Assembly: GCA_049966915.1 (NCBI GenBank)
Contig: JBMFTS010000001.1
Span: 1 to 37,433, forward strand
Source: Candidatus Micrarchaeia archaeon
Lineage (GTDB): Archaea; Micrarchaeota; Micrarchaeia; Micrarchaeales; CABMGC01
Direction of reading: 5' to 3'
Length of the DNA: 37,433 bases
Positions 17,055-25,559 of the stretch are shown piece after piece; position 1 is the stretch's first letter; every line of letters begins with the position of its first letter. Under the pieces are notes generated by a model that did no database searches, was not told where the DNA came from, and saw only the letters and a program-made list of their open reading frames with translations. The position numbers and the translations under genes are program-made.

Positions 17055-18449
17055 GTGATATTTATTGAACTTGTCAAGGAACACATCGAGCAGGTTAAAA
17101 GCGGCACAAAAGACCTAGAAGATTTTTCGGCAAAAGTACTGGAAGAAAGCAAAAAAATACAGGAGCAGTTCTCGCCTTTCATAACTCTCCAGAGCAGCAT
17201 GGAGCTTGGCAGGTCTGGCATGCTCGCCGGCGTTCCGATAGCAGTAAAGGACAATATTTGTACAAACGGCATCAGGACAACAGCAGGCTCGAAGATGCTT
17301 GCAGAATACGTGCCACCGTTTGACGCCACAGCGGTGGCTGCGGCAAAACGCGAAGGGGCAGGAATACTCGGCAAAACCGCGATGGACGAGTTCGGCTTCG
17401 GCACTTTTTCTACCAACTGCGCTTTTGGCACTCCTAAGAATCCTGCTGATCCGCAAAGGTCGTGCGGTGGCAGCAGCGGCGGCGCCGCATGCGTAGTATC
17501 TGCTGCAAAGTTTCCGATAATTTCCATAGCGGAGTCTACAGGAGGCAGCATAACCTGCCCTGCGGCATTTACGGGCACTGTTGGCCTTACCCCGACCTAC
17601 GGCCGCGTTTCGAGGTGGGGGCTCATAGACTACGCCAACTCGCTTGACAAAATAGGGCCCATAACAAAAACGGTTTACGATGCGGCGCTTGCGCTAAGCG
17701 TGATCGCAGGCAGCGACCCAATGGATTCCACCTCGCTAGATTTTGAAAAGATGGATTATACGCAATTCGTAGGCAAGGAGTGCAAGGGCATGCACGCAGG
17801 CATACCCAAAGAATACTTTTCCGAAAACGTCGACGAGAGAATACAGAAGCAAGTGCAAAAGGCAGTGGAAAAGCTGGAAGCGGAAGGCGTAGTGTGCGAG
17901 GAATTTTCGCTGCCGAGCACGGATCTTGCAATACCGACATACTACGTAATTTCGATGTCTGAGGCGTCGACAAATCTTGCCAAGTTTGGTGGGCTGCGCT
18001 ACGGCCTGCAGCCGGAGCTGAGCGGCAACGTGCAAGAATACTTCACAAAGGTGCGCACAGAGGGCTTCGGCGAGGAAGCCAAGCGCAGGATAATGCTTGG
18101 GACATTCATGCGCATGTCTGGCTACAGAAACAAATACTACTTGAAAGCGATGAAAGTAAGAAGGCGCATAATAGACGAGTTCAAGCGCGCATTCGAAAGA
18201 TACGACGTTCTAATAACGCCTTCCATGCCAATACTTCCGCCAAGATTCAGCGACATAGAAAAGCTGGAGCCAGCGCAGATTTACGGCATGGACGTGCTTA
18301 CTGTTGCGCCAAACCTTGCCGGCGTGCCAACGATTTCAGTGCCGTTCGGCAAGCTGGACAATCTGCCAGTGGGCGTTCAGCTTATCGCAGACCACATGCA
18401 AGAAAGCAAGCTTATTGCGCTGGGCAGCGCTATCGAGGCGATGCAATGA
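17055..18449 (+). CDS. gatA: Asp/Glu-tRNA amidotransferase subunit A
   Basis: It has the amidase signature (GGSSGGAA; KDNICT; ESTGGSI). The GTG start abuts the gatC stop codon. Confidence 0.9.
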   Translation: MIFIELVKEHIEQVKSGTKDLEDFSAKVLEESKKIQEQFSPFITLQSSMELGRSGMLAGVPIAVKDNICTNGIRTTAGSKMLAEYVPPFDATAVAAAKREGAGILGKTAMDEFGFGTFSTNCAFGTPKNPADPQRSCGGSSGGAACVVSAAKFPIISIAESTGGSITCPAAFTGTVGLTPTYGRVSRWGLIDYANSLDKIGPITKTVYDAALALSVIAGSDPMDSTSLDFEKMDYTQFVGKECKGMHAGIPKEYFSENVDERIQKQVQKAVEKLEAEGVVCEEFSLPSTDLAIPTYYVISMSEASTNLAKFGGLRYGLQPELSGNVQEYFTKVRTEGFGEEAKRRIMLGTFMRMSGYRNKYYLKAMKVRRRIIDEFKRAFERYDVLITPSMPILPPRFSDIEKLEPAQIYGMDVLTVAPNLAGVPTISVPFGKLDNLPVGVQLIADHMQESKLIALGSAIEAMQ

Positions 18450-19858
18450 ATGACTACAGCGACGTGATGATAGGACTGGAAGTGCACGTCAGGCTGCTTA
18501 CACAGTCAAAGCTGTTCTGCTCCTGCCCCAACGTCGAACCTGAAGAACCGAACAGCAACGTCTGCCCCATATGCATGGGCTTTCCAGGAACTAAGCCCGT
18601 GCTCAACAACAAGGCTGTGGAGCTTGCGACAACTGCCGCGCTAGCGCTAAACTGCAAGATAAACAGCACAATCTCTTTTTCAAGAAAAGTCTACTTTTAC
18701 CCTGACTTGCCCAAGAATTTTCAAATAACGCAATACGAGTCGCCGGTGGGCACTGAGGGCACGCTGCAGCTCAGCAAGAGCGGCAAGAGCATAGGCATAA
18801 GCAGGGTGCACATCGAGGAAGACCCTGCAAGGCTTGTGCACGTGGGCGGCGACATAACGAGTGCTGAATATGCCTTAGTAGATTACAACAGGTCTGGCAT
18901 GCCTCTCATAGAAATAGTGACAAAGCCCGAACTGAGCACGCCTGGCGAGGCGCGCGACGCAGTGGCAACGCTTGCCATGATGCTGGGTTATCTTGGCGTG
19001 TGCGACCCCAGCGCCGAAAGCGCCATAAGAGTCGACGCCAACATTTCGCTAAAGGGCGGCAAGCGCACTGAGATAAAGAACATAACAGGATTCGCAAACG
19101 TGGAAAAGGCGCTGCTGTTCGAGATAGCGCGGCAGAGGCAGCTGCGCGCGCAAGGCATTGCCATAGAGCAGGAAACAAGGCACTTCGACGAAACAAGAAA
19201 GACTACTTCTTCGCTCAGGAGCAAGGAAACCGAGGAGGATTACGGCTACATATTCGAGCCCGACCTGAACACTTATGAGATAGGCGAGGACTACATTGCC
19301 GCGCTTGAGCCTGCGCTTGCAGAACTGCCTTCGAAGCGCATAGAAAAACTTGTGGACAAATACGGCATAGACGCCAAACTTGCAAAGGTCGTCGTCTACG
19401 AAGGCAGAGAATTTGGCGACTTCTTTGAAAAGTGCGCCGACATGTTTCAGAACAGGAATCTTCTCGCGAAATGGTCTACTGGCGATCTGCTCAAGTGCCT
19501 TAATTACAACAAGGTAAGCATAAGTGCGTCAAAGGTTACACCTGAAAAATACGTAGAGTTTTTAAATCTCATAGACAAAAAGATAATAACTGAAAGGTTT
19601 GCGAAAGAGCTCATAAAGGAATTCGTTGCGACTGGCGCAATCCCTGAGGATTTGGCCAACGCCCGCGTTGCGAACGCCACTGATTTGGGAAAAGTCGTAG
19701 AAGAAGTAATAAGCGAAAACGCAAAGGCCGTTGCCGATTACAAAAACGGCAAACGCGAAGCCTTGCAGTATCTAATAGGCCAGGTGCTTAGGAAGACAGG
19801 CAACGCTGCAGACCCCAAAGAGATAACGGCAATGCTTGATGCCCGAGTAGCTCAGTAG
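18446..19858 (+). CDS. gatB: Asp/Glu-tRNA amidotransferase subunit B
   Basis: It has GLEVHVRL...KLFCSC, RVHIEEDPARL and a C-terminal YqeY-like tail. Its ATG overlaps the gatA stop (ATGA). Confidence 0.9.
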   Translation: MNDYSDVMIGLEVHVRLLTQSKLFCSCPNVEPEEPNSNVCPICMGFPGTKPVLNNKAVELATTAALALNCKINSTISFSRKVYFYPDLPKNFQITQYESPVGTEGTLQLSKSGKSIGISRVHIEEDPARLVHVGGDITSAEYALVDYNRSGMPLIEIVTKPELSTPGEARDAVATLAMMLGYLGVCDPSAESAIRVDANISLKGGKRTEIKNITGFANVEKALLFEIARQRQLRAQGIAIEQETRHFDETRKTTSSLRSKETEEDYGYIFEPDLNTYEIGEDYIAALEPALAELPSKRIEKLVDKYGIDAKLAKVVVYEGREFGDFFEKCADMFQNRNLLAKWSTGDLLKCLNYNKVSISASKVTPEKYVEFLNLIDKKIITERFAKELIKEFVATGAIPEDLANARVANATDLGKVVEEVISENAKAVADYKNGKREALQYLIGQVLRKTGNAADPKEITAMLDARVAQ

Positions 19859-19913
19859 GTAGAGCGACCGGCTGTTAACCGGTAGGTCGTCAGTTCGAGT
19901 CTGACCTTGGGCG
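19841..19913 (+). tRNA. tRNA-Asn (anticodon GTT)
   Basis: I folded a 73-nt cloverleaf by hand: acceptor GCCCGAG/CTTGGGC, D arm GCTC-AGTAGGTA-GAGC, anticodon arm ACCGG-CTGTTAA-CCGGT, variable AGGTC, T arm GTCAG-TTCGAGT-CTGAC and discriminator G. No CCA is encoded. Confidence 0.9.
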
Positions 19914-19933
19914 CTTGCTGCTTATGCACAGCA

Positions 19934-19941
19934 TATAAATA
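19934..19941 (+). promoter_or_regulatory. TATA-like box upstream of aspS
   Basis: TATAAATA lies about 33 nt upstream of TTG 19974. GGTGG is 3-4 nt upstream of the start codon. Confidence 0.35.
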
Positions 19942-19973
19942 TGAATCGCAGATAATTTTAGCAAGGTGGTTGG

Positions 19974-21287
19974 TTGCTTAGAAGCACGTACATAAGGGAC
20001 ATACCTGGCGAGCCTGGCAAGGAGGTAACCATAGGCGGCTGGGTATCAAGGCTCAAGGAGCTCAAAAATGCAAAATTCGTTTGGCTTTCAGACAAAACGG
20101 GCACTGTGCAAATAACATTTGCAAGGGACAAGGTGCCGCAGGACCTGTTCGCGGCGTTCGACTCGCTCAATCTCCATGATTTTCTAGTAGTGTCTGGCGT
20201 TGTGCCTGAAAAGATACTTGCAAAAAGCCTGAAAGAAATAGTGCCCAAATCGCTAAAGATTGTAGGAAAGGCCGAAAAGCCTTTGCCCATAGACATGAGC
20301 GGCGCGGTCGAATCGGAACTGGAGACAAGGCTGGACTGGCGCTCCATCGCGCTGCGCGACCCGAAGCTCATGCTGGCGCTCAAGGTTCAGAGCAGCCTGG
20401 TAGAAGGCATGGCGAACTATCTGAACAAGAACGATTTTACCATGGTGTTCACGCCGAGCATAATAGGCGTAGCAGCAGAAGGCGGATCGGAAGTGTTCCC
20501 AATAGTGTATTATGACAAGACCACGTATTTAAGGCAGGACCCGCAGCTCCACAGGCAGCTGCTCATGGTGGCTGGCCTTGACAGAATATACGAGCTGGGC
20601 CCAAGCTGGCGCGCAGAACTGAGCCACACGCCCAGGCACTTGTCAGAGCACAGGACCTGCGCGGCAGAAATATCTTTCATAGAAGACGAGCACGACGTAA
20701 TGAAGCTAGAGCAGGAGCTCATGCAGGCAGGTATTAAAAATGTAGTAGAGAGGCACAAGGACGAGCTCGAAAGCGCAGGCATAGAAGTCACTGTGCCGAA
20801 GCTGCCGTTCCCTGAATTGAAGTTTCCGGACATATACGACTTGTTGAAGGATCTTGGCAGGGAACCGCCAAAGGGCAAAGACATAGAACACGAGTCAGAG
20901 CTACTGCTGGCAAAGTACGTAAAGGAAAAATACGGCAGCGAGTTCTTTTTCATAAACAGGTTTCCATACAAGATAAAGCCGTTCTATGTCATGCGCGTTG
21001 ACGACGATCCGGAATACGCAAGGAGCGTAGACCTGATTTACAAGGGCACAGAACTAAGCTCAGGAGGCCAGAGAGAGCACAGGTATGAGAAGATAATAGA
21101 ACAGGCAAAGGAGAAGGGCATGAACCTTGACAACGTAATGTGGTTCGCAAAGTTCTTCAAATACGGCGCCCCGCCGCATGGCGGCTTTTCGATAGGCCTC
21201 GAACGCGCCGTGATGCAAATTCTGAACATGCAGAACATAATGGAAGTGCCTGCATTCCCTAGAACGCCGGAAAGGATAGTGCCATAG
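19974..21287 (+). CDS. aspS: Aspartyl-tRNA synthetase, archaeal type
   Basis: It has an N-terminal OB anticodon-binding domain, RQDPQLHRQ (the QSPQ-like AspRS motif), class II motifs 2 and 3 (FFFINRFPYKIKPFY; PPHGGFSIGLERAVM) and a TTG start. Confidence 0.9.
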   Translation: MLRSTYIRDIPGEPGKEVTIGGWVSRLKELKNAKFVWLSDKTGTVQITFARDKVPQDLFAAFDSLNLHDFLVVSGVVPEKILAKSLKEIVPKSLKIVGKAEKPLPIDMSGAVESELETRLDWRSIALRDPKLMLALKVQSSLVEGMANYLNKNDFTMVFTPSIIGVAAEGGSEVFPIVYYDKTTYLRQDPQLHRQLLMVAGLDRIYELGPSWRAELSHTPRHLSEHRTCAAEISFIEDEHDVMKLEQELMQAGIKNVVERHKDELESAGIEVTVPKLPFPELKFPDIYDLLKDLGREPPKGKDIEHESELLLAKYVKEKYGSEFFFINRFPYKIKPFYVMRVDDDPEYARSVDLIYKGTELSSGGQREHRYEKIIEQAKEKGMNLDNVMWFAKFFKYGAPPHGGFSIGLERAVMQILNMQNIMEVPAFPRTPERIVP

Positions 21288-21369
21288 AGCGTAGCAAAAG
21301 GCGAACGACAAAGCAGCCACACCACAGCAAGGCATATATTGCGATAATGTGATATGCTGGCGTGGTAAC

Positions 21370-21642
21370 ATGTACGAAGAGGAAATAGACGAAAAAACTA
21401 AGAATTTGAGCAGGGCGAGGCAGTCGCTCATAGAGGAGCTGCAGGCAATGATGTGGTACGACGAGCGCATAAGCGCCACGAAGGACAAAAGCCTTGCAAG
21501 CATACTCGCGCACAACCGCGACGACGAAAAGGAGCACGCCACGCTTCTGCTCGAATGGCTAAGGCGCCACGACGCGCCACTCGACAAGGAGCTGGATGAA
21601 ATACTGTTTTCCAATAAGGACCTCAGCAAGCTGTGGGACTAG
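21370..21642 (+). CDS. Encapsulated-ferritin-like (EncFtn family) ferroxidase-fold protein
   Basis: It is 90 aa. The segment IEELQAMMWYDERISATKD...ILAHNRDDEKEHATLLLEWLRRHD closely matches the EncFtn signature as I recall it (EELEAVDWYDQR...ILAHNRDEEKEHA..LEWLRR). Confidence 0.7.
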   Translation: MYEEEIDEKTKNLSRARQSLIEELQAMMWYDERISATKDKSLASILAHNRDDEKEHATLLLEWLRRHDAPLDKELDEILFSNKDLSKLWD

Positions 21643-21679
21643 CAGAATAGCGGAACTTGCACAAAAAGCGCACAAGACC

Positions 21680-22366
21680 ATGCAGAATTTCGTGGGCACA
21701 TCCGGCTGGCTCTACGCCTGGAACAGGGAAGGCACGCTCGATTGGTACTTGGCAAACAGCGGCCTGAACGCAATCGAGCTAAACGCAAGCTTCTACAGGT
21801 TTCCTTTTCCAAACCAGGTCAAGAGCTGGAGTGAAAAAGGCAATGAGCTGGCATGGGTGGTAAAGGTAAACAGGCTCGTAACGCACGTGCACATGCTCAA
21901 TGCCGAAGCAGAATCTGTTTATGCGAAGTTTTTGAAGCTTTTCGAGCCGCTCGACAGGCGCATAATGTTTTACCTGTTTCAGATGCCGCCGCACTTTACC
22001 ACGAACATGCGGCAGCGCGTCGAGGAATTTGCAAAGAAAATGGGCTCGACAAAAATGGCGCTGGAATTCAGGCATGAAAGCTGGTATTCGTTCGACTTTT
22101 CAAAGCTCGACTTTGAAGGCACAGTGGTAACGCCAGACTCCCCTGAAATAAATAGCACAGTGTGGGCAAAGAACGGCACTGTTTACTTGCGCTTTCACGG
22201 CAGGCGGTCGTGGTACTCTTACAAGTACAGCAAGCACGAACTCGAAGATATGGCAATCAAGGCAAAGGCGCTGAGGCCGAAACGCATCTTTGCGTTCTTC
22301 AACAACAACCACGACATGCTCGGGAACGCGCGCACATTCAAGGCAATACTCGACACTGGTGATTAG
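21680..22366 (+). CDS. DUF72 (YecE-like) family protein
   Basis: The N-terminus MQNFVGTSGWLYAWN and FYRFPFPNQVKSW are typical of DUF72. I use the internal ATG of ORF 21596..22366. Confidence 0.75.
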   Translation: MQNFVGTSGWLYAWNREGTLDWYLANSGLNAIELNASFYRFPFPNQVKSWSEKGNELAWVVKVNRLVTHVHMLNAEAESVYAKFLKLFEPLDRRIMFYLFQMPPHFTTNMRQRVEEFAKKMGSTKMALEFRHESWYSFDFSKLDFEGTVVTPDSPEINSTVWAKNGTVYLRFHGRRSWYSYKYSKHELEDMAIKAKALRPKRIFAFFNNNHDMLGNARTFKAILDTGD

Positions 22367-23269
22367 CTGAATATCATAAGCGTACACAACCTTGTCAAGT
22401 CGTTCGGCGACGTAACTGCACTGAACAGCATCTCGATGAACGTGGGCAAGGGCGAAACCCTCGTGCTCATAGGTCCGAACGGCGCGGGAAAGAGCACGCT
22501 AGAAAAGACAATAGTCGGGCTCTATGCGCCCACATCGGGAAGTGTCAGGGTGTTTGGCAAAAATCCGGCAAGCGACGCCGCAACAAGAAGCAAGATAGGG
22601 TTTGTCGGAGAAAATTATGCACTATATGACACAATGACTGCGATGGCAAACCTCGTTTTCTTCTCCAAGCTTTACGGAATCAGCACAGACGAAGCGAAGG
22701 AAAGGGCTGGCGCGCTGTTGGCTGAATTCGGCGCCAGCGAGTTCGCGCACAGAAAGATAGGCGAGCTAAGCCGCGGCACCAGGCAAAAGATAGCAGTATG
22801 CAGGGCACTTATGACGGAGCCTAAGGTGCTTGTGCTGGACGAGCCGACTGCATTTCTAGACCCGGGCAGCGCAGAAGTGCTGCGCGAAAAATTAATTGGC
22901 ATGAAGAGCACGACAGTCGTTTACGCTACGCAAAGGCTTGACGAGCTCGGCAGGATAAGCGGCAGCGTCGGACTGTTGAACCGCGGCATGCTCGTGGCAA
23001 AAGGCAGCCTGGAAGAAATTATGAAAATGATAAAAGGCATAGAGATAGAAGTTGTTCTAGCAAGGAAGCCTGGCGCGGATAAGCTCGCAATGCTGAAAAC
23101 CATGGGGGCGAAGGCCACCGGCAGGCGCCTGCTCTTTAGCGTGTCGAACCTCGCTGAGCTGCCTGAGCTTACAAGAACAATAGCCAGCATGGATTTGAGC
23201 GTGCTTACCATAAGTTACCTGAATTACGAGCTTGGCAAATCCGAAGGCAGAGATGGGGCGCGACAATGA
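22367..23269 (+). CDS. ABC transporter ATP-binding protein (ABC-2 type exporter)
   Basis: It has Walker A (GPNGAGKST), signature (LSRGTRQK) and Walker B (VLVLDEP) motifs. The first ATG is at 22436, but the conserved N-terminal strand (NIISVHNLVKSFGDVTALNSIS) is encoded in frame from 22367, so the 5' end is set there (see findings). Confidence 0.85.
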   Translation: MNIISVHNLVKSFGDVTALNSISMNVGKGETLVLIGPNGAGKSTLEKTIVGLYAPTSGSVRVFGKNPASDAATRSKIGFVGENYALYDTMTAMANLVFFSKLYGISTDEAKERAGALLAEFGASEFAHRKIGELSRGTRQKIAVCRALMTEPKVLVLDEPTAFLDPGSAEVLREKLIGMKSTTVVYATQRLDELGRISGSVGLLNRGMLVAKGSLEEIMKMIKGIEIEVVLARKPGADKLAMLKTMGAKATGRRLLFSVSNLAELPELTRTIASMDLSVLTISYLNYELGKSEGRDGARQ

Positions 23270-24051
23270 ACACCGATGCCGTATTTGCTCTGACATTGAA
23301 GGATATGCGCGAAGCTTTCAGCAGCGCGGAGATATACGCGCCTATGCTTGGCATACCTCTTTTCTTTGCTTTTGTCCTGCCGCTGTTCACCGTGTACGTG
23401 TCGCAATACGCGGGCTTGCAATTGGCTGAACGCATACTTGGACCTGTCGCGCTCGGCCAAGCGCCGCCGCTCGACAAGCTCGCATTCGTCAGGTATTTCG
23501 CGCTCAACGTGCTGGGCCCAATATTCTTGAGCATGCCAATAATTACTGCTTCTGTGCTTGCTGCCGACAGCTTTGCAGGCGAAAAAGAGCGAAAGACCTC
23601 GGAATCGTTGCTCGCTTCGCCCATATCGAATTCGGAGCTCTTTCTAGGCAAAATACTTGCTTCGGCACTGCCTGCGCTTGCGGTAACGCTCGCAGTATTC
23701 GGCATATACGCTGGCGTAATAGACTATTTCACGCTCGGCGAATATGGCGCCCTGGTTCTGCCTAACGGTGAGTGGTACATGATGCTGGCGAATTCGCCAT
23801 TCTTGATATTGTCGACGATAGGGCTCGTTGTAGTCGTGTCTTCCAAGGTAAAAGGCATAAAGGAGGCACAGCAGATAAGCGCGCTTCTCGCGCTTCCGAT
23901 ATTTCTCATGCCGTTCATAGCCGTCTTTAACGTATTCTCGTTCTCGGCGCTATTCTTCGCGTATCTTCTCCTGTTTCTAGCTGCGCTCACCTTGGCGATA
24001 CTTGCCTTTGGCGTAAAAAGTTTCAGGCGCGAAGGCCTCGTGGCAGAGTAA
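23266..24051 (+). CDS. ABC-2 family transporter permease
   Basis: It has about 6 TM segments, and its ATG overlaps the ATPase stop (ATGA). The substrate is unknown. Confidence 0.7.
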   Translation: MNTDAVFALTLKDMREAFSSAEIYAPMLGIPLFFAFVLPLFTVYVSQYAGLQLAERILGPVALGQAPPLDKLAFVRYFALNVLGPIFLSMPIITASVLAADSFAGEKERKTSESLLASPISNSELFLGKILASALPALAVTLAVFGIYAGVIDYFTLGEYGALVLPNGEWYMMLANSPFLILSTIGLVVVVSSKVKGIKEAQQISALLALPIFLMPFIAVFNVFSFSALFFAYLLLFLAALTLAILAFGVKSFRREGLVAE

Positions 24052-24104
24052 ACAATACGAGACAGCACTGCATTGCTTTGCAAAAAATTCAGAAATGCTT
24101 AAAT

Positions 24105-24386
24105 ATGGGGAAATACAAAATATCAATAGGTGGGGAATTGGAAATCCTAGCGAGCAGCGTGCCTGCTAACAGCAGGTCAAAGCGCTACGGGATTAGGGAA
24201 GTCAAGACTTCTGACATAAGAAAAATGGTGAGCATGGCAATAGGGAATCCGGAACTTAGAGACGGGGTGGTGTCGCAGCTGGAGAAGCTCATGGCTGAGA
24301 ATAAGGGCACAAAAGAAGGCGCCGCCGCATGCAAGGCCGCAGCCACTATACTGACTGTGGAAATGCTGGAAGCACTGAAAGAATAA
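24105..24386 (+). CDS. Hypothetical protein (93 aa)
   Basis: I use the internal ATG of ORF 24078..24386. It is soluble and helical at the C-terminus, and I do not recognise a family. Confidence 0.35.
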   Translation: MGKYKISIGGELEILASSVPANSRSKRYGIREVKTSDIRKMVSMAIGNPELRDGVVSQLEKLMAENKGTKEGAAACKAAATILTVEMLEALKE

Positions 24387-24428
24387 AAGGGCAAGCGGTA
24401 TGCGGGGCATGGCCGCGCGCGGCATTTG

Positions 24429-25559
24429 TCACTTCAAGACTTTGTCGTACGCGGCCGCTGCGCGATCGTTAGAAAATTGCGAAATTACTTTTGGCCTTAT
24501 GGCTTCGTATTTTTTTGCGTAAGACGGATAGTTGCGCAATACGCTATTCAAAAGCTCCGGAAGTTTGCTCTCCTCGGCCTTGAGGCACAGCTTCTTCAAC
24601 TCGGTTGGCAGCACGCTCGTATTCGCTATTATTACAGGTATGCCCAGCGCGAGCGCCTCTACGGTGACGAGCGAAAGACCTTCGCGCTGCGAAGGCATTA
24701 TAAGGCCCTTGGAAGTGCAAAGCTCGCGATAGAGCGCGTTGTTGCTGAGCCCGTGCTTGAAAACAACCCTGTCTGACACGCCAAGCGAAGCCGCGAGCGA
24801 CTTTAACTTGGCGAGCTCTGGCCCTTCTCCCACAACAACAAGCTTTGCGTCGACTTTTGCAATTGATTTTATGGCTAGCTCTACGCGCTTGTGCGCCACA
24901 AGCCTGTTCACGACAACGAATTTGTCCGACTTTTTGCATTTGCCTGCGTTTGTATGCAGGAACTCATCAATCTCGGACTTGTCCACTGCTGCAGGAAACA
25001 CCAGTATGTCGCTCGGCTTGACTTTGAAAAGCCGCTCCAACAAGCGCTTTGTCGTGGAACTGTTGGCTATGTTGAAATCAGCAAGACGCGAAACCCAACG
25101 CTCGACAGCATAGCCTATTGCGCCTCCCGAAGGCATATAGCTCTTCCAAAAATCCTTGCTCCACACTTCGTGCCACGTGACGATGCAGCGCGCGCCGGTA
25201 AGCCGCGAGTAGACGCTGATGAGGGGTATGTGAAGAAACGGAAAAGCGTCGGTATCAACGGCGTCGAAATGGTATTTGAGCATTTTCAAGAACAAAAGCG
25301 CCGAGAACTTTACAGACATGGATATTGCGCGCCTGCTTCCCGCATACATGCTTGTTATTTCTTTTGCGCGGCCGACACAATGGTACTTCACGCCTTCGTG
25401 CTCGAACTCGTAACCGGGCATGCCAGGCCTGTAAAGCGTGAACATGTGAAGCTCGTAGCCCTTCTGCTTCGCCAGCACCTTGAGTATGTTGTACCTCCTT
25501 TTCTCTATGCCTCCGTTGAACCACGGATACGCAGATTCATAAGCAAACGCTATTTTCAT
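24429..25559 (-). CDS. Family 4 (GT-B fold) glycosyltransferase
   Basis: The N-terminus is MKIAFAYESAYPWFNGGIEKR. The C-terminal segment LIMPSQREGLSLVTVEALALGIPVI is the E-x7-E type motif typical of GT4. Confidence 0.85.
   Translation of the reverse strand: MKIAFAYESAYPWFNGGIEKRRYNILKVLAKQKGYELHMFTLYRPGMPGYEFEHEGVKYHCVGRAKEITSMYAGSRRAISMSVKFSALLFLKMLKYHFDAVDTDAFPFLHIPLISVYSRLTGARCIVTWHEVWSKDFWKSYMPSGGAIGYAVERWVSRLADFNIANSSTTKRLLERLFKVKPSDILVFPAAVDKSEIDEFLHTNAGKCKKSDKFVVVNRLVAHKRVELAIKSIAKVDAKLVVVGEGPELAKLKSLAASLGVSDRVVFKHGLSNNALYRELCTSKGLIMPSQREGLSLVTVEALALGIPVIIANTSVLPTELKKLCLKAEESKLPELLNSVLRNYPSYAKKYEAIRPKVISQFSNDRAAAAYDKVLK

Noticed and set aside
19841-19973. tRNA-Asn as an integration site for a mobile element or genomic island.
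   Set aside because: Both flanks are core translation genes (gatB, aspS). There is no integrase, and I saw no direct repeat of the tRNA 3' end elsewhere in the window by eye.
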